Shown here piece after piece: positions 48,734 to 59,751 of a DNA stretch of 64,000 bases (position 1 is its first letter; the number at the start of each line of letters is the position of its first letter). The stretch spans positions 32,001-96,000 of the forward strand of contig MEZH01000001.1 in the NCBI GenBank assembly GCA_001775995.1. Direction: 5' to 3'. A program made the position numbers and the translations under genes. This DNA comes from Candidatus Bathyarchaeota archaeon RBG_16_48_13. Its GTDB lineage: Archaea; Thermoproteota; Bathyarchaeia; RBG-16-48-13. The notes beneath the pieces are model-generated. The model ran no database searches. It had not been told where the DNA came from and was given only the letters and a program-made list of their open reading frames with translations.

Positions 48734-50863
48734 ATGGTCGATATGGTCTATATTTCGAGGGTCAGGAACATTCGAAAGCGCGATGGAAGGATAGTAGAAT
48801 TTGATCAGAGCAAGATCGTCAGTGCCATATATAGAGCGGCGGCCTCGGTTGGGATAGATAAGAAGAAACTCGCAAGAGAACTTGCAGGTAGAGTCACAGA
48901 GGAACTAAACACGAAGTTCGGCGAGCAGAAAATTCCAACTGTTGAGGATGTTCAAGATGTGGCAGAAAGGATATTGATGGAAGCAGGAGAGACTGAGATA
49001 GCTAAGTCTTACATTCTGTACAGACAGAAACGCAGAGAAATTCGGGAAACGAAAAAGGTTCTATTTGGGGTAGATGACGACCTAAAGCTATCAATCAATG
49101 CTGTTAGAGTTCTAGAAAGAAGATACTTACTGAAAGATAGCGATGGAAAGGTCGTTGAAACTCCGAGGCAAATGTTTCTCAGAGTCGCTCAAAATGTAGC
49201 TCTAGCAGATTTGATATACAATAAAGAAGTTGATCAAAAGAAGATTGAAGATGAATTCTTCCAGATGATGGCAAATCAAGAATTCATGCCAAATTCCCCG
49301 ACATTGATGAATGCCGGCACGGATCTAGGCCAACTCTCGGCATGCTTCGTGCTTCCTATAGAGGATTCAATGGTGAGCATATTCGATGCATTGAAAGGAG
49401 CAGCGTTAATCCATAAATCCGGAGGGGGTACCGGATTCTCTTTCTCCAGACTAAGGCCGAAAGGCGACTTCGTGAAATCAACCTTCGGTGTGGCCTCAGG
49501 CCCGCTATCATTTATGCGGATCTTTGATTCGGCAACAGATGTCATAAAGCAAGGAGGCAAGAGACGCGGAGCTAACATGGGAATATTGCGAGTTGACCAT
49601 CCTGACATCCTAGAATTTATTACGGCTAAAGAGCGCAACGACGTCCTGAACAATTTCAATATTTCAGTCGCTGTGACGGATAAATTCATGGATGCGTTAA
49701 AGAATGACCAAGAGTATGACCTTAGAAATCCACGAATGAATACTATGGTCAAAAGGTTGTTGGCCAGAAAGATTTTTGACCTCATGGTTACCATGGCATG
49801 GAAAAACGGCGAGCCAGGGGTAGTTTTTATAGACCGCATAAATCGAGATAACCCGACACCGAAGTTAGGAGAAATAGAGAGCACCAACCCCTGTGGAGAA
49901 CAACCTCTCCTCCCATATGAGTCATGTAATCTCGGCTCCATAAACTTGTCAAAGGTCGCAGAAGACGAGGAGATCAATTGGAACAAGTTAAGGAGAATAA
50001 TCAAGAGTGCAGTGCATTTTTTGGACAATGTAATAGATCAAAACAAGTATCCTTTGGCTGAAATAGAAAAGATGACAAAAGCGAATCGCAAAATTGGGTT
50101 GGGAGTAATGGGATTCGCAGATATGCTTGTTGCTCTTAATATATCATACAACTCTGAAGAAGCGATTAGTATAGCTGATAAGGTTATGGAGTTTATTCAT
50201 CTGGAGGCAAGGAAAGCTTCAATGGAATTGGCAAAGGAACGGGGAACCTTTCCGAATTTCAAGGACAGCATATGTGAGAACTCGGGGATGCCTCTACGGA
50301 ATGCCACAGTAACTACGATAGCCCCAACAGGCACTATCAGTATAATAGCGGGGTGCTCAAGTGGCATCGAACCAATATTCGCCATATCGTTCATCAGAAA
50401 TATTATGGACAACACGGAAATGTTGGAGGTTTATCCACTATTTGAAGAAGTAGCAAGAAGAGAAAGGATCTACTCGGATGATTTGATGAGACAAATAGCA
50501 AAAAAAGGTTCAATTCAGATGATAGAGGAAATTCCAAAAAAGATGCGTGATGTGTTCGTCACATCACATGATATCGAGCCGGAATGGCACGTCAGAATGC
50601 AGTCAACCTTTCAAAAACATGTTGACAATGCGGTATCAAAGACCTTGAACTTACCTACTGAAGCCACAGTTCAAGATGTGGAGAGGATCTTCCTCCTAGC
50701 TTATGAATTAGGATGCAAAGGTATCACTGTTTATAGGTATGGGAGTAGAGAGTCCCAAGTTTTGAATATAGAAGCAGTCAATAAAAGGCGTTCTCTTCCA
50801 GAAGATACTGTATTACAAGCTGAACAGAAAGAATACTCAGGCGGATGTCCCAATTGTTCATGA
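48734..50863 (+). CDS. nrdJ: Class II (B12-dependent) ribonucleotide reductase with ATP cone
   Basis: KRDGR ATP cone, [30 protein letters not shown]-terminal CPNC. Confidence 0.95.
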   Translation: MVDMVYISRVRNIRKRDGRIVEFDQSKIVSAIYRAAASVGIDKKKLARELAGRVTEELNTKFGEQKIPTVEDVQDVAERILMEAGETEIAKSYILYRQKRREIRETKKVLFGVDDDLKLSINAVRVLERRYLLKDSDGKVVETPRQMFLRVAQNVALADLIYNKEVDQKKIEDEFFQMMANQEFMPNSPTLMNAGTDLGQLSACFVLPIEDSMVSIFDALKGAALIHKSGGGTGFSFSRLRPKGDFVKSTFGVASGPLSFMRIFDSATDVIKQGGKRRGANMGILRVDHPDILEFITAKERNDVLNNFNISVAVTDKFMDALKNDQEYDLRNPRMNTMVKRLLARKIFDLMVTMAWKNGEPGVVFIDRINRDNPTPKLGEIESTNPCGEQPLLPYESCNLGSINLSKVAEDEEINWNKLRRIIKSAVHFLDNVIDQNKYPLAEIEKMTKANRKIGLGVMGFADMLVALNISYNSEEAISIADKVMEFIHLEARKASMELAKERGTFPNFKDSICENSGMPLRNATVTTIAPTGTISIIAGCSSGIEPIFAISFIRNIMDNTEMLEVYPLFEEVARRERIYSDDLMRQIAKKGSIQMIEEIPKKMRDVFVTSHDIEPEWHVRMQSTFQKHVDNAVSKTLNLPTEATVQDVERIFLLAYELGCKGITVYRYGSRESQVLNIEAVNKRRSLPEDTVLQAEQKEYSGGCPNCS

Positions 50864-51055
50864 TAGATTAGATCATGGCAGGCGAGGAAGTCAAGTTCTG
50901 AGTCTATTTCAATGAAGTCACTTTAGTGCAACTTATTGAAGGAATATAGAGCTCCTAAGAACTTATCAAAAACGATAGACTTAGCATCATAGTTAGACAT
51001 CATTTGAAATGTGGTTTATGTAGCTAGAATATGAGATTATTGAACCCAAAATGGA

Positions 51056-51208
51056 GGCCGCCGGGGAGACTTTCCCATAGGGAACGGATCTCTCTATGCT
51101 TTGAACTCCCCCTCCCGGCTCCATTGGCCCCTTTACTGGTAAGGACAGGCCGGTACGCTGCCAGGTTCCGCGAAGACCCAAATAAGCCTTCACTACGTTA
51201 CGGCGGCC
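51056..51208 (-). tRNA. tRNA-His(GTG) with encoded G-1; three introns (15/16, 27 nt; 34/35, 22 nt; 59/60, 30 nt)
   Basis: G-1:C73; BHBs ACGT/GCGG, GGCC/GGCC, TTCA/GGAA; spliced length 74 nt. Confidence 0.85.
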
Positions 51209-51311
51209 ACCAGGTTTTAGTGAAACCCAGCGCATTTATCAACATTTCCTCGGAAAGGTATAAAACATAATTATTATGGTTTAAAGGATTTGCAGCTAGA
51301 TAGCAATCTGG

Positions 51312-51444
51312 GGGCCGGTAGCTCAGCCTGGTATGAATGCATGACTCAATAAAAGAGTAAGCAGTATTGGCACTCGGTTTGCAGGAATTCATAACATTCC
51401 AAAACACCGAGGGGTCGCGGGTCCAAATCCCGCCCGGTCCACCA
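51312..51444 (+). tRNA. tRNA-Ala(TGC), introns at 23/24 (51337-51369) and 37/38 (51384-51405), CCA encoded
   Basis: G3-U70; BHBs GTAT/GTAT and TTTG/CAAA. Confidence 0.92.
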
Positions 51445-51598
51445 TTGAAGAGGATTTGAATTATCGGAATTCTACGGAGCATGATGTTACAATTGCAGTT
51501 GGATGAATGATGGGTACGCGGTCCATGGACGATATAAAAATCTGGAAGACCCAAGTTGATTGCTTTCGAAAAGGTAGATTTCTAACGCTATCAGCAAT

Positions 51599-51742
51599 TC
51601 AATCGTCAATATCTCTCAATTTTCCATAACATAATTTGCAAAGTCAATGGGTAGCCATGCAGCTGTAGCATACGGTTTTATTGCATCATCTGCAGGTGAA
51701 TGCAGTAATCGATTTCTTACATATGGAACAGAATGTCTGCAG
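51599..51742 (-). pseudogene. Four-CxxC small zinc-finger gene with two in-frame TGA codons
   Basis: (CTG)QTFCSICKKSITAFTCR*CNKTVCYSCMATH*LCKLCYGKLRDIDD. Confidence 0.55.
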
Positions 51743-51758
51743 GATTTCACTCTTCCAT

Positions 51759-54700
51759 TCATATGAAATCTTGCAGTGTGACGACCTTCTTTTTCTCCTC
51801 TTGAAATAAAGATTCGAGATCTTCTCTTATTATGGCGATCCTTTGCTGATAATACTCATGTAGCCCATATTTCTTTGCCATTTCTTCGGTTATTTCGATA
51901 TATTTTGCTACGGCTCCTCTGTAAACAGTGAGAACCAAGTCGCCTCCGCACTTATTGCATTTACCATTCAACGGAATTCTCCTAAACTTTGTATTACAAT
52001 GCTTGCAGCGAAAGGTCTGGGTTGAAAAGGCCCTCATATTTCCAACTATATCACGTATCAAATGTGAGGTTAAAATTCTCTTTGCGACTTCCTTTACGTC
52101 AACTGCCATTATTTTCTCAGAGAGCAGAAGCTGAGCGTTCATTTTATCTTCCATGGTCTTTAGTTGTTTGTAAATACTTTCGTGGTTTCCTTGATTTATA
52201 TTTGAAACCGCGTGAGTGAAAAAGTAAGACTGATATTGCGCAGAGGTTCCCAATCTATGGGACACTAAATCGATTATTTTAGAGGTACTTTTTGCATCTT
52301 TCTCTTGGATAGATCTCTGATAGAATTCTAGAGGATAAGATGATCCTACATCCATATTGTGGACTTGATCATCTACTTCGAGAGGATTAATTGTGGGTGT
52401 TATGAGTAGAGGTGCGTCCATAAGGCCGCCTATTTGTGAAGGAAGGAATAATTTGGAAAAGTTGATTAGAGCGTCCAAAAGTAGCATTATCGCATCTTCA
52501 TCACCATCACAATCTCGACGCTTGGCAGCATGCCAAAGTGGATGTGCATAGCAGACATTAGCGTTTGTGAATCCAATTATTCTACCTACGATTCCTACAG
52601 AAGTATGTGGCGCGAGACCTAATACTAATTGACCTAATAGGTTTAGATGTTCGGTTGTCTCATAAAATGGTGGGAGATTGTATACCTTTTGTAGTAGCTC
52701 ATTTAGGAAAATCGTGCATCTAAACAGATGGTCGAGGGCTTTGGATGGCACTATTATGTCCTGAATCATCAATTCGCATATTTGACTTGGATCGACCAGC
52801 GGTTCACCGTTCATATCATGAGTATAACCAAATTCAACAAGTCTACCTAGCGATACTCCGATCTCGGAAGGTTTGAAATGTGTCAACGGAACATTTGTCG
52901 CATCGAATCTTATCGTTCCGTCTTTGAAGACGTATAAGCCATGTTTTGATCTTAGGATGCCTTTTTCTATTATTTCGGGAGTCTTTGTCTCGCTCATCAA
53001 TCCTTTGACGCCCTTCACAAGCTCTGGAGGACTTGTTTTGAGTCTCTTTACTGCATCCTCAAAGAGAAGTTTCAAATTGGTTGGTCTATTCTCATAGAAT
53101 TGCCCCGGGACATTGCAGTTTGGGCATAGATCATTTTTGAGTACTCTTCCGCAAATATTGCATTTCTTTTCTTGTCTAGTCATTTCGTTGCATAAGGGGC
53201 AGACAAGTTCATGAGTGACTATTCCACATGGATCGCATTTCCGTGTTATTATGTCAACATTTATGATACCTTTTTTTGCAGCTTCTACAACGTTTCTGTG
53301 TGGTCCTCCATTCATACCGATAGGGAAGAGAACATGTACCGGAGGGGTTGTTTCCCTTTGTTTGGCCTTCTCCGGCCGGCCCATACGCGATCCTACAAAA
53401 GTCGGTGCATTGTCCTTAACTAACCCGTTTGTGATCTTCTGAACTAGGTTGAGTCCGTTTTCGACGCCATCTGTGGATATATTTGATCTATTTAGGCCCA
53501 AGCAAAACGAAAGAATCGAGAATTCTTCGCCAAAAACTATCGTATCATCCTTTATCGTAAACTGGAAAAGTAACTTTTCTAGAATATCTGTCACTTCCTT
53601 GTTCTTTGGAAGAGTAATACCGGTCTTCAAATGCTGTAGTGTGTCAGTAGAGTCTAGCAAGTGATTCCGGAGTCTGATAAAATCAGTGAGAGTCAAGTTA
53701 TTCCACATATAGGTGTAGCGGGGATGCAGAGGAACTGCCAACTCCCTTGAGAACTTCAGGGCTTCTTCGGGCGATGGATGGTAATGGGTAGGATTAGATA
53801 GAATCCTTTCGAGGTCTTGAGCAGTGAAATTCACAGATTCGGCTGCCCTTTCTAAAGAATTATCGAATCTACGCGCTATGATATGATTGAAGTCCTTGGC
53901 CCACCACTCTTCTACATATGCTGACGGAACAAGTGGCTTATTGTTTTCTAGAAAATCTCCAAAAGGAATGAGGATATCTCCTAGGAAGAGTATCTTGTCT
54001 ACGTCGCTTTTGATTTGCTTTGCCATATCTTCTGAATCTATTCTAACAACTGAGCCATCAAAAAGTTTCACAATTGGTCCTTCAATTGAGTCAACAGGCA
54101 TCACTACTCCGCCTTTCCCTGGTTTCTCTAGTCTTACTTGCGTGCCAGTTGCAAGGAAGCCATCTAGAAGTATTATGGTACAAGGATGTATACCAATGGC
54201 TGATATCCCGGTATTTCTAGCTCTTCCGTACCTTAGCCGGAATCCACCGGTTCTAGAAGGAAATGAGAAGATTGGGCGGCCTGCCAGGATATCTTCCATA
54301 AACATGAATTCTTTGGATTCCTCAAGTGAAACTTCTTTAAAATCTTGGATGTGTTTGAGCCATTCCCAACCAGTGATGTTAAGTCTTTCTATTATGCTTA
54401 GTACCTTCCTAGATCTTCCAATTATGCCATCGTTTACCACACGTAAGGCTCCAGCTCGAATCTGATTTGTCTCAATTCTACTCAGATTACGATATGATAC
54501 CACTTCTATTGGATCCGTGGATACCCCAGTGACTTCAACGGGAAGGTTTTCCAATACATTTCTCAATTCCATATCAGAAATATGATACTGGAATCTCGAA
54601 ACCTCTCTTTCGTAAATCCGGATCTCTTCTAGAAATCGATTCATTTCTTCTACGCTGGGTTTATACTTGTCTAAACCTTGAATCTTTCTGACGTAGTCAC

Positions 54701-55181
54701 CTATGACCAAAGTCAGTGCTTGGTCCGTGCCTCCTGCAGATCTTATTGGTCCAGCGAAATATATTGCTAGATACCTAGTTTTGTCGAAGTTTTGTTTCAC
54801 ATCAATTCTAGATATGCCTTGAAGAGGGGCAACGGTTATGCCTTCGGTTAGAATAGCAAGAGCAGTTCTGATGGCCTGATCCAGTGCCTGTTTTGAGTTT
54901 GTCTGAGCAAATTTACCATAAACAATTTCCTCTGCAATTTTGAAAGCCATCTCTTCTCGTTTCATGGACTTGGACAATTCTCTAATCCGTTCTGCAGCAC
55001 CCACTGGACCAACCATTTCTTCGACCATTTCAGCCATATCTCTTGCAGTATGAATCTCTGGTTCTGGAGATGGATCCAAACACTTGGCCCTAGCGCTCTT
55101 TGCGACTTCGTACAAGAACCCAAGGTTCCTATTGATATCTGAAAAGTAAGAACGGTATCTTTCGGAAAGCAATGATGGCAA
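51759..55181 (-). CDS. polC: DNA polymerase D large subunit DP2
   Basis: GPIRSAGGT, GGFRLRYGR, KRRDCDGDED, C-terminal zinc finger; no intein evident. Confidence 0.97.
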   Translation of the reverse strand: MPSLLSERYRSYFSDINRNLGFLYEVAKSARAKCLDPSPEPEIHTARDMAEMVEEMVGPVGAAERIRELSKSMKREEMAFKIAEEIVYGKFAQTNSKQALDQAIRTALAILTEGITVAPLQGISRIDVKQNFDKTRYLAIYFAGPIRSAGGTDQALTLVIGDYVRKIQGLDKYKPSVEEMNRFLEEIRIYEREVSRFQYHISDMELRNVLENLPVEVTGVSTDPIEVVSYRNLSRIETNQIRAGALRVVNDGIIGRSRKVLSIIERLNITGWEWLKHIQDFKEVSLEESKEFMFMEDILAGRPIFSFPSRTGGFRLRYGRARNTGISAIGIHPCTIILLDGFLATGTQVRLEKPGKGGVVMPVDSIEGPIVKLFDGSVVRIDSEDMAKQIKSDVDKILFLGDILIPFGDFLENNKPLVPSAYVEEWWAKDFNHIIARRFDNSLERAAESVNFTAQDLERILSNPTHYHPSPEEALKFSRELAVPLHPRYTYMWNNLTLTDFIRLRNHLLDSTDTLQHLKTGITLPKNKEVTDILEKLLFQFTIKDDTIVFGEEFSILSFCLGLNRSNISTDGVENGLNLVQKITNGLVKDNAPTFVGSRMGRPEKAKQRETTPPVHVLFPIGMNGGPHRNVVEAAKKGIINVDIITRKCDPCGIVTHELVCPLCNEMTRQEKKCNICGRVLKNDLCPNCNVPGQFYENRPTNLKLLFEDAVKRLKTSPPELVKGVKGLMSETKTPEIIEKGILRSKHGLYVFKDGTIRFDATNVPLTHFKPSEIGVSLGRLVEFGYTHDMNGEPLVDPSQICELMIQDIIVPSKALDHLFRCTIFLNELLQKVYNLPPFYETTEHLNLLGQLVLGLAPHTSVGIVGRIIGFTNANVCYAHPLWHAAKRRDCDGDEDAIMLLLDALINFSKLFLPSQIGGLMDAPLLITPTINPLEVDDQVHNMDVGSSYPLEFYQRSIQEKDAKSTSKIIDLVSHRLGTSAQYQSYFFTHAVSNINQGNHESIYKQLKTMEDKMNAQLLLSEKIMAVDVKEVAKRILTSHLIRDIVGNMRAFSTQTFRCKHCNTKFRRIPLNGKCNKCGGDLVLTVYRGAVAKYIEITEEMAKKYGLHEYYQQRIAIIREDLESLFQEEKKKVVTLQDFI

Positions 55182-55216
55182 GGTTTTTTCCTCTTTATTT
55201 GGGAAGAAAAAGAAAT

Positions 55217-55528
55217 TTACTCAGAATATATTCTGCAAAAGACTATGATATTCCACTTCTGTTTTGGTCTGCTGGTAGCCTTTTGGTAAGATTGTGATGC
55301 CAGCTCCGTTCTGTGATCTGCGCAATCTCTGCATTTATTGTGTCGAGTGTCAGATGGACCGTCGCATGAGCCGCAATTGAGGAGGAGGACTTCACCCAAG
55401 CTTCTCAAGGTTGTCCAGGCGTATTCTTGCTCTTCAAAATGCGGTTCAAAATCTGGCCAAACTTCATAGGCGTTTGGTGTGTCAAGCGATTTTTTGAGAG
55501 CCGAAAAAAAACTCTCAAATGATGTCAT
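55217..55528 (-). CDS. Small conserved hypothetical protein, Cys-containing
   Basis: CGSCDGP...CRDC. Confidence 0.7.
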   Translation of the reverse strand: MTSFESFFSALKKSLDTPNAYEVWPDFEPHFEEQEYAWTTLRSLGEVLLLNCGSCDGPSDTRHNKCRDCADHRTELASQSYQKATSRPKQKWNIIVFCRIYSE

Positions 55529-56307
55529 CCACTTTTTCTCCTTTCGACCGCCGAATGCATGCCATCCACGAACTTGGAGATATTCTCTTCTGCATTTATC
55601 TCATCTTCTATGGCTGTTCCAGTTACTAGGATATCAGCACCTGCTAATACGCTTTGGAATGCATCTTCCTTAGCTCGAATTCCACCTCCAACCACCAATC
55701 GTGATCCAGTCGCTTTTTTGACAATCTGAATCATATTTGGGGGTATTGGACTTTTTACCCCAGAACCGGCTTCTAAATATACGAAACGCATACCTAGAAA
55801 CTGCGCTGCAAGAGCATACATAGCTGCGATTTCAGGCTTGTCGTAAGGGATTGGATTTGCTTGACCGATAAAGCCTGCTGCTCCACCTTCTCCTATTATG
55901 AGGTAGCCTAAGGGGATTGTCTCAAGCCCAGTCTCTTTTATTGCGGGAGCCCCCAGAGCCTGCGCCCCTATTATGAAATATGGATTAGTAGAATTTAGAA
56001 GAGACATGAACCAAATTGCATCAGCATATGGACTTATACTTGTTATGTTATTTGGAAATATAATCACCGGGAGCTTGACAGACCGTTTTATCGACCTAAT
56101 CACATTATTCAACAGGTCGATAGAAGACAGGGTTGAGCCACCTATCATGATACCAGCTGAACCGGCCTTTTCTGCTGCAACAGATATTCGCTCGGATTTT
56201 TCCGGTGAAGCCTTCTCAGGATCCAGCAATGTAAAGTGGATGGCTCCTTCCCTAGATATGCGCTCAGTGATTAGAGTCTCAATCACACCCATAAAAGGAG
56301 TCCTCAA
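55525..56307 (-). CDS. Geranylgeranylglyceryl phosphate synthase
   Basis: HFTLLDPEK, MIGGST, FMSLLNS, YLEAGSG, VGGGIR. Confidence 0.93.
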   Translation of the reverse strand: MRTPFMGVIETLITERISREGAIHFTLLDPEKASPEKSERISVAAEKAGSAGIMIGGSTLSSIDLLNNVIRSIKRSVKLPVIIFPNNITSISPYADAIWFMSLLNSTNPYFIIGAQALGAPAIKETGLETIPLGYLIIGEGGAAGFIGQANPIPYDKPEIAAMYALAAQFLGMRFVYLEAGSGVKSPIPPNMIQIVKKATGSRLVVGGGIRAKEDAFQSVLAGADILVTGTAIEDEINAEENISKFVDGMHSAVERRKSG

Positions 56308-56313
56308 AGGTTG

Positions 56314-56544
56314 TTACTTTCCATAGAACTTATCGATAAATCTGCAATATATGTCAACTGGTTGATCTACACGCGTTATTGTCAATTGTTCTTTTAACCC
56401 ACAGCTTCCACATTGAACCGATGCACTGGTTATATCTGATGATAGCGCAACTTTTACAGACTCTTTGCCACATTTCGGGCATAGGAAAATTTGTGGAAGC
56501 CTCTTCTTGGGTATCTTAACTACTCTTCTTTTCCGGCGTCCCAT
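56314..56544 (-). CDS. elf1: Transcription elongation factor Elf1
   Basis: MGRRKRR, F.CPKC, CGSCG, VDIY..FID. Confidence 0.9.
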   Translation of the reverse strand: MGRRKRRVVKIPKKRLPQIFLCPKCGKESVKVALSSDITSASVQCGSCGLKEQLTITRVDQPVDIYCRFIDKFYGK

Positions 56545-56601
56545 ACAATGTCACTCATTCCAGAATGAGGAATTCTCGGGTATATTATTCTTATTGCGCT
56601 C

Positions 56602-57195
56602 ATGTTGAATCATACTCAACTCTATGTGAATCCATCCAATTTATTGGATTTCAGGTATAGTTTATATCTGTTAATACCTACGATTATACCCGCGAATACA
56701 AAAATGGCTCCACATGAGGTTATCTTAGTGTATGAAATGGAAGCTGAAATTCGTGAAAAAATGGATGACCTACTTAAAGATTCTATATTGACATTGCTGT
56801 TAAGCAGGAGTCAATTAACCCGAATACAGGCTGAGACTCTGTTTATAGAGGCATTAACGAACGATTTGGCAGAAAGAACATTAAATAGTGACGTAAAAGC
56901 TAAAATAAGGTCCAAAAATAAAGCTTTAACTAGAGGCGCCTTTAATAGGACATTAAGTCAGGCTAAATCTAATATAAGAAGGTCTATTTTCACAATTCTA
57001 TTGTTAAATTATGTAGGATTGCTTCCTAGTTTGGGGCTAACCTATTTTGAGGAGGCCACAAATAAACTCAAGGAGTACCTCGAGACATACAAAGGATTAT
57101 CGAATGCCGATGTATCATCAAGTGAATATTACAAAAAGCTTAGAATATTGCGAAGCGAACTAGAGGATCTATTTAGTCAACTGATGAAGATGTGA
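56602..57195 (+). CDS. Hypothetical helical/HTH-like protein (start probably later)
   Basis: RGAFNRTLSQAK.NIRRSIFTILLL.YVG. Confidence 0.65.
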   Translation: MLNHTQLYVNPSNLLDFRYSLYLLIPTIIPANTKMAPHEVILVYEMEAEIREKMDDLLKDSILTLLLSRSQLTRIQAETLFIEALTNDLAERTLNSDVKAKIRSKNKALTRGAFNRTLSQAKSNIRRSIFTILLLNYVGLLPSLGLTYFEEATNKLKEYLETYKGLSNADVSSSEYYKKLRILRSELEDLFSQLMKM

Positions 57196-57522
57196 CATAT
57201 TTGCGACTCTGTGATATCACATATTATGTGATACTCGGCCGATTTACAATTATTGTGCCTCTTTTATGAAAATCACGATAAAATCGGCGATTTCTCAAAC
57301 TATGTGATATCACATGCTAATATTGTGCGGTATTAGCAGTGCGAGATCAAATATGGTCGTGAAGTGAAACATTCCATTCCTGACATGCTCGCGAAGTGTT
57401 TCTCAGTCTACTCGTGAAGAACATGAGATCACAACTCAATCACGTGTATATCATACGTGATGTGACTATAGAAAAGCAAATAAATCGTAGGACAAGTATA
57501 TCACGTGATATGTGATATCACA
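57191..57522. promoter_or_regulatory. Array of TGTGATATCACA palindromes and GTGA/TCAC half-sites
   Basis: Perfect 12-bp palindromes at 57210, 57303 and 57511; TATCACGTGATA near 57498; many half-sites. Confidence 0.7.
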
Positions 57523-57530
57523 CTTCGGGG

Positions 57531-58131
57531 GATGGAATTGATAATAAAGGATGTCCCAATCGCCGATGATCTAAGAAGAATGCGGAAGAATGCGGGCTAC
57601 ACCCAGAAGATACTGGCAGTGAGAGCTGGCGTTAGCCAATCGCTCATCGCAAGAATTGAGAAGGGAGCTGTTGATCCAAGACTGTCTACGGTCCAGAAAA
57701 TTATGAGGGCATTGATAGTATTGAGCCAGAAAAAGATTGCGAGTGATATCATGCACAAACCGGTTGTGACGATAAGCGCAAACGAAAAAATCAGAAAAGC
57801 CGTTGAAGTCATGCGAAAGTACAACATCTCTCAGCTACCAGTCACGAATCAAGACGAAATTATTGGCAGTATCCAGGAGACGACCATAATAGAAGCACTT
57901 TTGGTAAGTAAAGATTCCACGAAAGTATTCGATGAAAATGTTGCGAATATAATGGAAACCGGTTTCATATCGGTCAACTCCCTTACACCCTTGGAGCATG
58001 TACTAGCGTTGTTGTCAAAGGGTCGATCAGCGGTTCTTGTAGAGGATAAGGGAAAGATTGTCGGGATAATCACGAAAATAGATGTTGTTGCCAGTTTAAC
58101 ACATGAAGAGATGGGAAATGATAATGATTGA
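57531..58131 (+). CDS. XRE-HTH + CBS-pair transcription regulator
   Basis: TQK.LA.RAGVSQSLIARIEKG..DPRLST, ISQLPV, GIITKID. Confidence 0.9.
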
Positions 58132-58849
58132 CTTGTTGCTAGTTTTGGGTTTGGTATCTTTATGTATTTTCATAATTCTCCGTTATTACGCGAAACTGAG
58201 CGCTGCATCTAGAGCATATGATGAAGCTAGAGGTACCGTTAAGAGCCTGTTATCAGGGATTAAACAGCGAATGAACGAACAAACTGTGGAAATTCGGACG
58301 ATAAGAGATGAGGTAGCTTTTTTTCAAGCTAGAAATGATTTTGGGAAAAGTGAAAGGAGAATAGATGCGGAAAAGTTGGATAATTTAAGTTCAGGTGTCG
58401 AAACAGCTTTAATGGCTACACAGAGATTTGGGAATGCTGTGATTTCAATTAAGCAGGATTATGACAAGGTCACTGAGGCGCAGGAAACACTCGCAAAGAA
58501 AGTGGAAGATCTTAGCATAAAACAAAGGGCCTTCGAAGGGCAAGGAGTAGAAACGATTGAAACGCCAAGAATAGGTCCATTTAGCATTGAGAAGAAGGAG
58601 GTTAGGAAGGGCCTAGATAAGCTCAACAGCACTGAGCTCAGAGTGCTTAACATGTTACTGGAAAAGTCAATGGCAGCACCTGAGATAGGAAGAGCTATAC
58701 TAAAAACTAGAGAGCATACGGCACGGTTGATGAAAAAGCTTTACGAAGAAGGGTATATCGAGAGAGAGACAAACAAGATTCCTTATGCCTACAAGATAAA
58801 CGAAAGTTTAAGGAATTTTCTCGAAGAAATAAAAGGTAGGGCTGTTTAG
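58120..58849 (+). CDS. TM anchor, coiled coil and C-terminal winged helix
   Basis: N-terminal TM helix; TELRVL..L...APEIG..I.KTREHTARLMKKLYEEGYIER. Confidence 0.75.
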
Positions 58850-59247
58850 AGAATTGTTTTCTCTTGAGCGACTAACATTCGCTTCATTCTATAACAACGT
58901 TTTGAAGGCCCCACATACGTTATTATATCTCGGCTTATCAATCTAGAAAAATATGTTGATACCGTGCTCAAGCTAATGGGCTCGTTAAACTCCTTTTCAT
59001 AATTCTCTTGAACCTTCGAAGAAGTAAAGGGCCCAACAGGGTAGTGGGTTTGAATCAATTTGACAACTCGATCGAATTTAGTGGCGAACTGTTTTGTGTT
59101 AGAATTGTAAGTATTGGATCCACCTAATAGCTCCACGAAGTCCAGTAATTGCAGGACTTTATCTCTGTTTATTTCACCGCTATAGGAAATTGAAAAATTG
59201 CCCCCGGTATTATCGGAGACTTCTATTTTTACTTTCTTAGAGGGCAT
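58846..59247 (-). CDS. Hypothetical protein with probable winged helix
   Basis: FTSSKVQENYEKEF.EPISLSTVSTY.SRL. Confidence 0.7.
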   Translation of the reverse strand: MPSKKVKIEVSDNTGGNFSISYSGEINRDKVLQLLDFVELLGGSNTYNSNTKQFATKFDRVVKLIQTHYPVGPFTSSKVQENYEKEFNEPISLSTVSTYFSRLISRDIITYVGPSKRCYRMKRMLVAQEKTIL

Positions 59248-59401
59248 TTACATCTGCTCAACAAAGAAATTTCTCAGTTATCTTGATGTAGTGGAGAAGT
59301 TGTGAACTTATATCTTTTGATATAATTTTTTCGTGTTTTTACTTCACATATTCACATGGAGTATAATGAATATCCAGACAAAAGAACCAAAGTAGGGCTA
59401 C

Positions 59402-59751
59402 TTCCAGTGGAAATAGAGGGGTCTATTAGTTTGGCTGTAAAATGGACCGTGACAGAGGAGGAATGGCTAAAATAAGAAGGAAAAGAAGAGATTTTCCATC
59501 AAATATTCACATGACTTCACACATATTTTGGTTTCAGATGCATGGAAGCCGACGAGGCCCTGGCCCCCTAGTTTCCTATGCAAGTAATAGTTGCACCCGC
59601 AATAACCTGTTAAAAAAATAGATCATTATGTCAAAAGAAGTTTAGAATTAGTGTTAAATATAGTGAATCTGAAGACCAATTGGAGACTATTCATCATCTA
59701 AATATAAAGAATCCAGAATTAACAAGACTATTCCACAGGAAAAGGTGGGGT
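59402..59751. other. Probable replication origin (oriC) with ORB elements and an AT-rich unwinding region
   Basis: TTCCAGTGGAAATAGAGGGGT (59402-59422, +), TTGCATAGGAAACTAGGGGG (59564-59583, -), TTCCACAGGAAAAGGTGGGGT (59731-59751, +); upstream of cdc6. Confidence 0.8.

Noticed and set aside
49276-50028. Long antisense ORFs (also 14636-15235, 23169-23855, 53887-54465, 60467-61036)
   Set aside because: They lie opposite well-supported genes and have no recognisable motifs.
50876-51010. Possible gene remnant after nrdJ (MAGEEVKF*...)
   Set aside because: Several stops and no family I can recognise.
51053-51211. Short RNase P-like RNA
   Set aside because: It resolves cleanly as tRNA-His with three introns.
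51644-51688. Selenocysteine recoding of the two TGA codons
   Set aside because: The TGAs do not align to Cys positions, and I saw no SECIS or tRNA-Sec in the window.
51759-55181. Intein in DP2 or nrdJ
   Set aside because: Both have ordinary lengths and no splice or homing-endonuclease motifs.
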